Positions 26,404 to 37,709 of a stretch of 37,882 nucleotides of DNA are shown here, piece by piece. Below the pieces are notes generated by a model that did not search any database, was not told where the DNA came from, and was given only the letters and a program-made list of their open reading frames with translations. The translations under genes and the position numbers were made by a program. This stretch comes from Octopus sinensis (lineage: Eukaryota): assembly GCF_006345805.1 (NCBI RefSeq), contig NW_021835855.1, positions 1-37,882 of the forward strand. Reading direction: 5' to 3'. Every line of letters begins with the position of its first letter. The first letter of the stretch is position 1.

Positions 26404-27079
26404 TGTGTGTGGTATGTTATATATATAATATATATATATATATATATTACATATATATATAAAATTTAAAATGAGGGTGAAAAATTGAATATTAATTTAA
26501 TTTTAATTTAATTTTAAATTATATGTTCTCTAACCGGCATTACTCACTGCAGAGAATTATTATCTGCAGAATTATTTCCGGTATTTTAGCGCGCCAAAAC
26601 GAAGACTTTTCAAAATAACCCCAAGTGTAATTAGTAGAACTGTATATATGTCCAATTTCATGCGGACGTCTCGTGTATACTTCTGCAAACTAATTTTTGC
26701 AATGACGACCATACTGAGGAGCTACGGATGCTGAGTGTACGTTTGGAGCAGAGAAGAAGAGTTATTCTATCAGCATGGACAATTTGAGAGACTTTCCTCA
26801 GTTGCTAAAGGGATGTTATATCCGCTTTTGGATGATTACAATACATATACACACACATATGTATGTTGGCGTATATTAATATGTGTGTGTGTGTATGTGT
26901 AAATACATATGTGTGTATGAATGCATATGTGCGCGTGAGAGCGTGTGAGTGCGTGTGTGTTATTGTGTTAAGATTTGAGTTGTTTTAAAAAGTTCTGTTT
27001 CGGTTCTAAAACAACCTGGAATCCTCTTTGAAATCGTTACAATACCACCACGATAAACAAACTCAACCTACAAAGAATA

Positions 27080-27309
27080 GAACAGACACACAGACACACG
27101 CGGACGCACACACACACATGTATGTACGTACACTTTTACCGACATAGATAATGTGTATGCGTGTAACCACGTATATATATATATGTGTGTGTATGTGTGG
27201 GTGTGTGTATATACATATATATATATATATAAATGTATATATATATATATATGTGTGTCTGTATCTGTGCGTGTATGTATATAAGCAAATATATGTATGC
27301 ATATATGTG

Positions 27310-27362
<53 letters not shown>

Positions 27363-27474
27363 ATACATACACACACATATATATTTACACACATATACAT
27401 ATGCACGCATATATATTTATACACACATATGTACGTTTATATTATACATACACATACATACATACATACATACA

Positions 27475-27510
<36 letters not shown>

Positions 27511-27615
27511 TTCATAATATAAATAATATATGTGCATATATACGCATATACATACATACATACATACATACATACATACATACATACATACATACATACT
27601 ACATACATACATACA
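27080..27615. repeat. (TA)n/(TG)n/(CATA)n microsatellite field
   Basis: Direct reading. Confidence 0.9.
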
Positions 27616-27763
27616 TTCTCCTGTCTAACTTGATGGATGATGAGGGATATAAGCACGACTGACATCACATGTAGCTCTTCATCTTGCTTCAGATGTTACA
27701 CACCAACTGAAATTGTTTCCATAGCAACTATATATTTTACATTTCCCTTTATCTCCCTTTCAG

Positions 27764-27849
27764 AAGCTTCTCCTGCTGCTGCTGCTGCTACTGCTTCTGC
27801 TGCTGCTGCCGTTTCCATTTTTGTTATTGCTGTAATTTTCTTGGTGTGA
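27764..27849 (+). CDS. Candidate terminal coding exon with GPI-signal-like / hydrophobic C-terminus (unconfirmed)
   Basis: Long pyrimidine tract + CAG acceptor (27762-27763), phase-1 frame (E)ASPAAAAATASAAAAVSIFVIAVIFLV*, AATAAA at 27850-27855. No upstream exon identified. Confidence 0.25.
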
Positions 27850-28125
27850 AATAAAAGAAGCTGATATTTAAATATTATCAAATATACTGGTACGATGATG
27901 GCAAAACGGATCGCTGTCTTCCGTTCGGTTGGATGACAATACAATGGGCGCCTGCCTGCCTGCCTGCCTCCACGTGGTTAATTAACGTGCTCCGATTAGA
28001 AATAGCAACCACTTGTCCATCTAATACAGGGTTTCTTAACCGGGGTTTCATATGACCTTTACGGGTCCTTATATGATTTTGTTGCTAAAGCTTATGCACA
28101 ATAAATTAGTTTCACTTTTACAATA

Positions 28126-28530
28126 ATCGCAGACGTGGTTGTATGGTAAGAAGTTTGTTCCCCAACCACATGATTCAGGGTTCAGTTCTACTGTATGGCA
28201 TCTTGGACAGGTGTCTTCTACTATGGCCGTGGGCCGACTAAAGCCTTATGAATGGATTTGGTAAACAGAAACTGAAAGAAGCCCGCCGTGCGTTTGTCTG
28301 TTTCTTTGTCCATCCCCACCCCCCACTCCACCATTTGACAACTGGTGTCGGCGTATTTATGTCCCCGTAACTTAGCGGTTCGGCAAAAAGCTTCGATAGG
28401 ATAAGTACAAGGCTTTAAAACAAAACGAAAAAGTACTGGGGTCGATAGATTCGCCTATAAATTTTTCAAGGCGGTGCCCCAGCATGGCCGCAGTCTAATG
28501 GCTGAAACAATTACAAGATTAAAAGATACA
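28126..28530 (+). mobile_element. SINE family A, diverged subfamily
   Basis: Head gcagacgtggttgtatggtaagaagtttg, body gaaactgaaagaagccc, tail cagcatggccgcagtctaatggctgaaac. Confidence 0.85.
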
Positions 28531-28559
28531 TGACAATAAACAAAATATTTTTGACAGTA

Positions 28560-28942
28560 AATGGCTTGCTTCTCAACCACATGGTTCCGGGTTCAGTCCC
28601 ACTGCGTGGCACCTTGGGCAAGAGTTTTCTGCTGTAGCGACGGGACGACCAAAGCCTTGTGAGTGGATTTGGTAGACGGAAATACATACATATATATGTA
28701 TGTATGTATGCATGTATGTATGTGTGTGTGTGTGCGTGTGTGTTTGTGTTTGTCCCCACCAACATCGCTTGACAGCCGATGCTGGCGTGTTTACGACTCT
28801 GTAAATTAGCGATTTGGAAAAAGAGACCGATAGAATACGTACCAGGCTTACAAATAATAAGTCCTGGGGTCGAGTTGCTCAACTAAAGACGATGCTCTAG
28901 TATGGCCGCAGACAAATGACTGAAACAAGTAAAAGAGTAAAA
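28560..28942 (+). mobile_element. SINE family A, slightly 5' truncated
   Basis: aaccacatggttccgggttcagtcccactgcgtggcaccttgggcaa ... gactgaaacaagtaaaagagt. Confidence 0.88.
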
Positions 28943-29065
28943 AAAAAACAATTTCGAATGATATCTAATTATAAAAACGTGAGGGGATTTTTATAAACAT
29001 CGAAAATAGCTTTGAGGGTTCATCCGACTAAAAATGGGAATCAAAGGGCTCCATATTCTATTATT

Positions 29066-29360
29066 CTTTTATTGTTTTACTTGTTTCAGTCATTTGACTG
29101 CGGCCATGCTGTAGCACCGGCTTTTTAGTCGAACAAATCGACCCGAGGACTTATTCTTATTTCTTTATTGCCCACAAGGGGCTAAACATAGAGGGAACAA
29201 ACAAGGACAGACAAAGGGATTAAGTCGATTAGATCGACCCCAGTACGTAACTGGTACACCGAAAGAATGAAAGGCAAAGTCGACCTCAGCTTAGCGGTTC
29301 GGCCGAAAAGACACCAATAGAACAAGTACTTAGCTTACGGCAAGCTGGCAGAATCGTTAA
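29066..29360 (-). mobile_element. A/C SINE chimera with inverted 5' segment
   Basis: A tail (-) 29066-29158, C tail+body (-) 29159-29287, then A internal piece (+) 29291-29338 joined to C head (+) 29339-29360. Confidence 0.8.
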
Positions 29361-29706
29361 TTTGTTACTATTTCCTCTTTGTTACTTCATTAATACAGAC
29401 TTATTCTTACATATCCGAAGACAAAACAGAAAATTCAGGAACTCCATATGCAGAAATGAGTCTTTTGTATTTCTCCGATTCCAACTTAACATCAAAGAAA
29501 ACGTCTATTCGTATTCGTTCAATTTACTAAAAAGGACAACTAGCAGTCCCTCAGTCGTTTCGTAAAAGAAAGTTACATTCATAAACGTAATCCTAAATAT
29601 ACTGAATCTGAAAAAAGAAGAGATGGCCACTTCTGGAAAAGCTTGAAAAGATTAGAGTGGGCGCTGTGTGTAACAGCTGTTTGAAGAAACAAAGGTGCCT
29701 ATTAAT

Positions 29707-30110
29707 TTACTCTTTTACTTGTTTCAGTCATGTGACTGTAGCCATGCTGGAGCACATCCTTTAGTCGAGCAATTCGACCCCAGGACTTATTCTATGTAAG
29801 TCTAGTACTTATTCTATCGGACTCTTTTGCCAAACCGCTAGGTTATGGGAACGTAAACACACCAGCATCGGTTGTCAAGCGATGTGGGGAGGGGGGCACA
29901 GACACACAAACATATATACACACATACATATATATATATACATATATACGACGGGGTTCTTTCAGTTTCTGTCTACCAAATCCGCTCACAAGGCTTTGGT
30001 CGGCCCGAGGCTATAGTAGAAGACACTTGCCTAAGGTGCCACGCAGTGGGGCTGAACCCGGAACCATGTGGTTCGTAAGCAAGCTACTTACCACACTGCC
30101 ACTCCTACGT
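29707..30110 (-). mobile_element. SINE family A, full length
   Basis: Reverse complement of head, body and tail of the 3507/4313 copies. Confidence 0.92.
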
Positions 30111-31092
30111 TGAGAAACAGAAAATGTTTTACAACCATTCCCTGGAAAGTGCTTCATTATATGGGAGTAATGGCAAATTTAAATTCTTATAAAATTTTTA
30201 TGTAATGGCGAATTTAAATGATTGTAAAATTTAAGAAAATACATTTTTTATGTAAGTTTAAACCATTTTGGGGAATTAGGAGCGTAAAAACTAATGAGTT
30301 TGAATTGTGAGATACTTGAGGCAGAAAAGATTGGTAGAAGTAGGGAGGTGTACATAATTAGTTTTTAATATTTTTAATTCTGAACTTTTAGATATTAATT
30401 GCTATTGAGACATTTCCCGTAATGAGCTAAAAATTTTGTAATATTCATTCATGGTCTTGCTATTATATAATAAGATATAAGATTACCTAATATTGATGAT
30501 ATCTATTAATTTAGTTTATTTATTATTCCATTTTACGTTGTTTTAAATAATTAATTTCGAGATAGGATAGGGAGAAAGCATAGAGATATGTATAACAGTG
30601 GTATGTCGATAAAATATCTTGTATATTGTTTTATTCTGAGAATGCTTAATTTTAACGATTACTTCGCGAAGCGATTAAACAATGACAGGTAGGAGTCATT
30701 CTATATCTATCATTTTTATGACATTAATTAATTGATTGAGTAAATCAATGGGAACGTTAATTTAAGAGAACGATTGTGGCTAATGTACATTTAGCGTGCT
30801 AAAAGTTCTTTATTGTATCAAATGTTATAAGGATTTGATAGATGTTACTTTTCTGTGTTTATTGTTGGTAATAATTTATCGTTGTTATTCTTGTTTTACG
30901 ATAATATCAAGTTTGTATGTTCCATAGCCAATTTACTTGAACGTTATTCTACTAAAGCAGAATATATATACATGTGTGTGTGTTGTGTGTGTGTGTATTG
31001 TGTATGTATGTATATATATGATTATAAATATATATATATATATAGAATATATATATATAATATATATATATACCTATAATCATATATATACT

Positions 31093-31139
<47 letters not shown>

Positions 31140-31504
31140 TATATATATATATATATATAATATATATATGCATTTAATGCTGTTACTTTATGTTGTTTGT
31201 GATATAAATATTTCAGACCATTATGTATTCCGTGTCTTCCGGAATTGATTCTAAGACAATTTTGTGTCTTTGATAATTTTAAAAGAGTGAATTATCAAGG
31301 ATAGATAATTAATGCCAATTGTTTCACGGGGTTAACAAAGTATTATTTACACTGCCCTGTATGCACTCTTCACACTTACAATCGCGTTGGGTACACATGC
31401 GCATTCTAAGGGTATAAATCACATAATTTGCGACTTTTGACCCTGTTTGCTTGTTGGCAAGGTCTTTTTCACATGTAAGCTAGTTTCTCAATAGGTTCTT
31501 TTTT

Positions 31505-31708
31505 AATAATGATAAATCTCAGAGCGAGTTATAAACAGTAGCAGCAACACATCGTGACGTATATTTGCCATTTGAATATGGCTAACCCCTAAGGGTGGAT
31601 GCTACTGTAGTTTGTAGCCCCAGGAAGACACCTCCTCCAGCTGGCTATAGACACACTTTCTGTGCCCTATCAGTATTTGCGAAGGGAAGCCATCCTTCCC
31701 GTCTTCAA
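31505..31708 (+). repeat. Dispersed repeat, same family as the 1800-2097 fold-back
   Basis: ataaatctc..cgag.tataaacagta..gtatatttgccat..ggctaacccctaagggtggatgctactgtag..cactttctgtgccctatc.gtatttgc.aagggaagccatccttccc. Confidence 0.85.
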
Positions 31709-31804
31709 CTTTTTTAATAGTTTTTGAAGGTTTGTGGCTAGGTATAGGGTATCGTCTAAGAATTATACATTAATACTAGAAGGTTATATACATACTAGAA
31801 GGTA

Positions 31805-31865
<61 letters not shown>

Positions 31866-32009
31866 ATACGGTATCGTCCAAAAATTATACATTAATGTTT
31901 GGTTGGTCGCGATAGTTATTCTACGTCTGAAGATGTTAAATCTGCTGTCTTCTTTCATTTCTCTAAATAAAGCTAACTGGTCATCTCTACGTAATCTTAA
32001 TACAGATGG

Positions 32010-33300
32010 CAAATTATGATGGAGACGATTTAGGCATTCACCAACTCGAATCGATTATTAGCTTTCTCTCAGCCCATTTCTGGGTGGAGGTGGCCACCAT
32101 GCTCGCTCATAACTGCATCCCAACTCATATCCACTTGGACGTCGCAACCGAACCAGACTCCAAGTAGTTTAACCGGTCCATCTATCCAACAACTTACGGC
32201 GGCATAGATTTGCCTCTCCAGGTATCTTCAAGACAATCGGCTTGTCAGGATTTATCTTTGCTCCTGCCATTGCCTCGTGCTTCTTTAGAATGAAGCTGAC
32301 TACAGCCACATACGCAGTGACATCATTGGTATACGCTGACATAGCTCTCCTGCACCACAACTCGAAAGGGAGACCTCAAGAGTTATAGAATCTCTGCTAG
32401 GTAGCAATGGTCAAACGCATCGAAAACTTTTGAATGGTCCAAATTGATTAGAGTCCCACCAAAGCGAGGTTTGTTTCACATCCTCTCTATGATGTATTGC
32501 TTGAGATGAAGATTGTCATGGAAGGATTATTAGGATCGCATATGTATGTACTTCCCTAATTAACTTATTAACGTCAAGCGCCAGTCACTTTCCCAAAATC
32601 TGGGCCAAAATCTTTACCTCTGTATTTAAAAACATCAAAGGACGAAAATTGTTTATAACACCCACTTTTTTTGGCAAAGTTTCTTAGCAATGTTGACATA
32701 CCTGAGCTCAAAGAACTGAGATTCTTCTGAGCTGCTGTCAATCGTAGTAGACGTTTGCCAAAACGTCACCAAACAAGTTTGACATATAACCATGACGTTC
32801 ATAGAATTGACCATCCAAACCGAGAGATTTGTCCTTCGCGCAACAGCTCGCCGCCTATCGTTTCTCAGTTGCAATTCAATAGCCTCTTGCAGTAATTTGC
32901 GCCTTCTGATAAGAACCACAGGTGGTCTTCAAAGTAGTCACTAAAGTTCACTACCCTTCTCTGATCCACGACTCGTTCCTAACAGTCTAATAAAGTGTTG
33001 CAGGAACGCCGCATACATCTACCTGGAACTAAGTAGCATTTGCCAGGCCTGGTACGTCAAAGACCGAATTAGGGTTTTGTTGCTGCGTTGCACCTCCATC
33101 ACTGAAACCCGTCGAATGGATGTTGTTTTTTCTTGTCTTAGTCCACGGTTTCTGGAACTGACAACGTAACATTCGTGTTTTGAGATGCAGAAATGGCCGA
33201 ACGATTTACAAAGACACAGCAAAGCTGTAACTCATTCTATAAACTCAATACCACATCACATTTTGCCATATGATACGTAGCCGATACCTTGCAGTGTTTG
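32010..33300 (-). mobile_element. Decayed L1/Tx1-clade LINE ORF2 (reverse transcriptase region) with stops, frameshifts and deletions
   Basis: Ordered minus-strand motifs: EVQRSNKTLIRSL; VINNFRPLMFLNTEVKILAQIL; SIHDNLHLKQYIIER; GGTLINLDHSKVFDAFDHCYLAEIL; SAYTNDVT (YADD-like); GAKINPDK; VKLLGVWFG; ELVNA*IVSII. Confidence 0.88.
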
Positions 33301-33333
33301 TTCTTGCCAATTTTGTTTACTACAAATATATAC

Positions 33334-33496
33334 GTTCTGAGTTCAAATTCCGCCGAGGTCTACTTTGCCTTTCATCCTTTCGGGGTCGATTAAATAAGTA
33401 CCAGTTACGCACTGGGTCGATATGATCGACTTAATCCGTTTGTCTGTCTTTGTTTGTCCCCTCTATGTTTAGCCCCTTGTGGGTAGTAAAGAAATA
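33334..33496 (+). mobile_element. SINE family C, 5' truncated monomer with ...gggtagtaaagaaata tail
   Basis: Same body and tail as unit 1 of the dimers at 7436 and 10004. Confidence 0.88.
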
Positions 33497-34458
33497 TATA
33501 TACACAGTATATTAACAGAAGCTTTTTTTTTTAAATAATGTAGAAAACTTATATACTGATTTTACATTCACAAAAAAAAATCACTTTCATTTAATCTCTG
33601 AAGACCCACAAGCAGGTGGGGGACCCTGGGCTGCAGCTCCCAAAGACCATTCCTTAATCCAGCACTGCATAAATATCAAAGAAAAATACTACGCTAAATA
33701 TTTCTTCTCCGGAACCAAGATCATATTGATACCGTCATCAGCGGGTAGCAAAGAGGAAGTATCGAGAGAAAATTACTGGTCGTATACAAAGTCAGTGAAG
33801 TGAGATTCTAACATCGAAAATATCGAGGAGTCTTTTACGATCTCTTTAACTGTGAAAAGAGAAATGAGCGTTGTTAACCGAAGCTAACATTAAAAACTAA
33901 TTTTAAATCAATAAATATAAATGCGGATTATTGTTGAATTAGGAATAATTATCTTACTAATATAAAGAAAATTCGTTTTCCCTACAAAGAATCTTAATTT
34001 CTACCTCCTGTTTGTAAATAAGCTGAAATTTTCTATTAAATCTTATTCTTCGTTATCCATTGAGGAGGGCACAAGTAATTTTATTGATTCGACTTCTAGA
34101 AGCACGAACTTGTGTCCAAATCAAATATGTTTAGTATATGTAGATACATTTCCTTTAAGATGTGTGACAGGATTTTATTTTCCATTGTTCTTTTGTTTTA
34201 GCCATCGTTAAAGTTCATTTTATTATTGCTGTAAACATTAATTCGTTTCCTGTTTATCGAGTTTTCTGCTAAGAAGTCAGACACACCAAAGACGGTATTT
34301 ATGTTTTTACGATATACATACAGACACACAGATGCATATATAAATGTATGCGTGTGTATACATACATATATACATACATACATACATACATACATACATC
34401 ATATATATGAGTTGGTGTGTGTGTGTGTGTGTGTATGTGTGTGTGTGTGTGTGTGTGT

Positions 34459-34710
34459 GGAGGCGCGGCGTGGCTTAGTGGTTAGGGTGTCAGCATCATG
34501 ATCGTAAGATTGAGGTTTCGATTCCTGGAACGTGCGACGCGTTGTGTTCTTGAGTAAATCCCTTCATTTTCACGTTGCTCCAGTCCACTCAGCTGGCAAA
34601 AATGAGTAACGCTGCGATGGACTGGCGTCCCGTCCAGCTGGGGAACACATACGCCATTGAAGCCGGGAAACCGGGCCCATGAGCTTAGCTAGGCTTTAAA
34701 ATGGCGCATT
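34459..34710 (+). mobile_element. tRNA-derived SINE, CORE-like region plus V-SINE-like motif
   Basis: ggaggcgcggcgtggcttagtggttaggg, gtttcgattcc, tgtgttcttgag..cagctggcaaaaatgagt, gctgcgatggactggcgtcccgtccag. Confidence 0.8.
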
Positions 34711-34718
34711 TGTTATTT

Positions 34719-34780
<62 letters not shown>

Positions 34781-34805
34781 AATATATATATATATATATA
34801 TAATA

Positions 34806-35930
34806 CGAGGGAGTACCTGAAAATAACCGGAAACATTCTCTGTGGGATAAACTTGTTGTAGTTCAGACTTACGCTGCTAAGATCCCACTTGATGCAACCC
34901 TCAGGCATCAGTGTGTTGACCGGCATCGTTAGGTGAAGTCGTACTGCCACGTTGTGCGTCTTTATTTTGCAGTGCTTCTTCCCTGTTCGTCGACTTTTGC
35001 GATGGCTGAAACGAAGGAACAGCGTGCTTCCGTGAAATTTTGTTTTTTTGCTGGAAAAAACAGAAGCCGAAACAGTTGTCATGCTTCAAACAGTTTACAA
35101 GGACGCTGCCATGAGCAAAACACAAGTTTACGAGTGATTTTCACGCTTTAGGAATGGTCACTTATTAACCTGAAGGCCAACATCGTTCAGAGCGACTATC
35201 GATCTCCCGAACGATCAAAAACATGAAAATTCATGAACTAGAGGTGCAGGAGTGGCTGTGTAGTAAATAGCTTGCTTACCAACCACATGGTTCCGGGTTC
35301 AGTCCCACTGCGTGGCACCTTGGGCAAATGTCTTCTATTGTAGCCTCGGGCCGATCAAAGCCTTGTGAGTGGATTTGGTAGACGGAAACTGAAAGAAGCC
35401 CGTTGTATATATGTATATATATATATGTGTGCGTGTATGTTTGTATGTCTGTGTTTGTCCCCCTAGCATTGCTTGACAACCGATGCTGGTGTGTTTATGT
35501 CCCCGTTACTTAGCGGTTCGACAAAAGTGACCGATAGAATAAGTACTGGGCTTACAAAGAATAATTCCCGGGGTCGAGTTGCTCGACTGAAGGCAGTGCT
35601 CCAGTATGGCCACAGTCAAATGACTGAAACATGTAAAAGAGTGATCCTGGAGGAACGTCGCTGAACAATTGACAAATTTTTTGATATGGATTGTGTGTCC
35701 AGGAGCTCCTGCCAACGAATTTTGAACGGGGAATTGCGAATGAAAAGAATTGCTGCAAAATTTGTGCCTCGCTTGCGCACGGAAGGCATCACTTCGCAAG
35801 AGTTCCAGCGCCCAGACAAAAAGCATTGTTTCAAATGGAAACTACTTTGAAGGCGATAAAAGTGTAAACATGTAAAACTAAGAGAATAAAATAATATTTC
35901 AAAATTCCGGCTTCTTTTAGGTACCCCTCG
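34806..35930 (+). mobile_element. Internally deleted mariner (irritans-like TIR) interrupted by a SINE
   Basis: Imperfect TIRs (ta)cgagggagtacctgaaaataaccggaa / ttccggcttcttttaggtacccctcg(ta); transposase N-terminus MAETKEQRASVKFCF at 35002, then ..HEL|ILEERR.TI..MKRIAAKFVPR and terminal GNYFEGDK. Confidence 0.9.
35243..35643 (+). mobile_element. SINE family A inserted into the mariner transposase
   Basis: Full head, body and tail; excising 35241-35643 restores HEL-ILEERR. Confidence 0.92.
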
Positions 35931-35932
35931 TA

Positions 35933-35955
35933 TATTATTATTATTATTATTATTG

Positions 35956-36003
<48 letters not shown>

Positions 36004-36011
36004 TATTATTG

Positions 36012-36067
<56 letters not shown>

Positions 36068-36081
36068 GTTATTATTATTAT
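35933..36081. repeat. (ATT)n microsatellite
   Basis: Direct reading; begins at the right TA of the mariner. Confidence 0.95.
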
Positions 36082-36732
36082 TGAGTGAGAGAGCAGTGCA
36101 TGCCATCAAAGTGACATTGGGGTAAAATATAGGAAGCCCAGTACACCCATCATGACTACCCGTCTGATAAGGGTACACTAGGCACATGCATCACAACCAT
36201 ATGTGTGCGTTATGGTGATCTCATATCAAGATAAACAGCGCATGACCTTGCAGGTGGGACCCAGTTAGAATTTTCTTCTGGTCGAGTAGCCCATCCCGCT
36301 CAAAAGGTCCCTGAATAAGGGTTGTTTAAGGATGTTGAACGAAACACCCATGTTTCCGAAGGTGAATTATCCAAACCTCAAAGAATTCTTTTCAACACAT
36401 GGCTATAATGCTCCCCCACTACTTCTGCTCATGATCAGAGATGCACATATCGTCAGCCACTAAGGGACATGCTCAACTGGTTACGGTCAAACAACTGACA
36501 AGCAAATCTGTGGTATTGAGCAGAATATTTGCTGTAGCCCATCTTTTATACCAAGACAAAACAATGTACATGATAACACTTCCAATCAGTTAAGATCAGA
36601 AGCCATGAGAGCCACTGCCTGGTACTGCATCAGGGCAACTATACTGCATCAGGGCAATGGTACTGCATCAGGGCAATGGTACTGCATCAGGGCAATGGTA
36701 CTGCATCAGGGCAAAGGTACTGCATCAGGGCA

Positions 36733-36734
<2 letters not shown>
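36082..36734 (+). mobile_element. Non-coding dispersed element D (copy 2) inside (ATT)n, with terminal 19-mer repeated six times
   Basis: Matches 5563-6103 (reverse complement); (ATT)n on both sides; 19-mer array at 36621-36734. Confidence 0.88.
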
Positions 36735-36796
<62 letters not shown>

Positions 36797-36981
36797 TATG
36801 TTTGATTTTTGCTTTATATTTGTACAAGTTGGCTCCAAGTCTCACCCAGAGACCTCAAGAGACAACAGGTTGGAAGTTCATGTTGTTGTTATGCCTAGTG
36901 TGCCATATATTTGGTGGGGGGAGTCTTTGGTGTTGTACTAATGAATGTCTAAAAAAAAATTATAAAAAAAAAATTTTTTTA

Positions 36982-37013
<32 letters not shown>

Positions 37014-37272
37014 CAAAAGCCGAAAAAACTTCACGAACTGTTACTCAGAGTTCTACGTAATCATTCATCAGACAATTGGGATCTCTGTTATTTTACTCTC
37101 CCTTTGGTATTCGAGTATTTTTTTCATCCTTTTGCACCTATCTGCTTACTTGTGTATGTATGCGTATGTATGTGTGTGTGTATGTGTGTGCGCGCGCGCG
37201 CGCGCGTATAGATATATAGATCTACCTTTATAGCCGTTTATCTCTTTTCTTCTCCTCTTCTCCCTTTTCTCC

Positions 37273-37312
<40 letters not shown>

Positions 37313-37709
37313 CACACACATATATTATCGTGACCATCTAATATCTATCCCATTCTTTGCGTGCTGCTGTGGTTGTTGCTGTTGTGTCCAACGCCAGATT
37401 ATCAATACCATAGAAATGACCAGCCAGAATCTATTATCCGTAACAACGTGGAAGCCATATCGCCGGATTTGAGATACCTAGCAACCAAATCTCCCTCAAA
37501 AGACATCTTATTGTTTGTTTGTTTGTTTCTTGCTTGTTTATTGTTGTTGTTGTGTTTTTTGTTTAGTTGGAGATTCGAGGTTCACTCTAATAAGTAATCC
37601 TATGTACATTGCCTCGGGAAATAATACGAGCTGGTCATGGACAGAACGCCTTTGATTATTGATCTGCTTCTATGTTTTATTTCAGTTTTTTATAAATGAT
37701 ATCGGCAAT

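Larger units (their letters stand above)
28027..29056. mobile_element. Fragmented hAT(Charlie)-like MITE interrupted by SINEs
   Basis: Left end cagggtttcttaaccgggg resembles Charlie-type TIRs; the pieces between and after the two A SINEs (e.g. 28945-29056) look like one element. Right TIR not found. Confidence 0.35.

Noticed and set aside
31776-32012. 78-aa minus-strand ORF MPSVLRLRRDDQLALFREMKEDSRFNIFRR...
   Set aside because: Starts at the edge of the Tx1 remnant in a different frame and ends in (TA)n; no splice or homology support.
33773-33849. Minus-strand acceptor (catttctcttttcacag) followed by KEIVKDSSIFSMLESHFTDFVYDQ*
   Set aside because: Not recognisable, and the opposite strand weakly resembles a decayed LINE RT segment; cannot decide without a search.
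36621-36734. 19-bp direct repeats as a CRISPR array
   Set aside because: No spacers, eukaryotic context, no cas genes.
37015-37080. Minus-strand CTGATGA..stem..GAAG (possible hammerhead)
   Set aside because: GAAA is altered, stem II is broken and stem I does not pair; at best a fossil.
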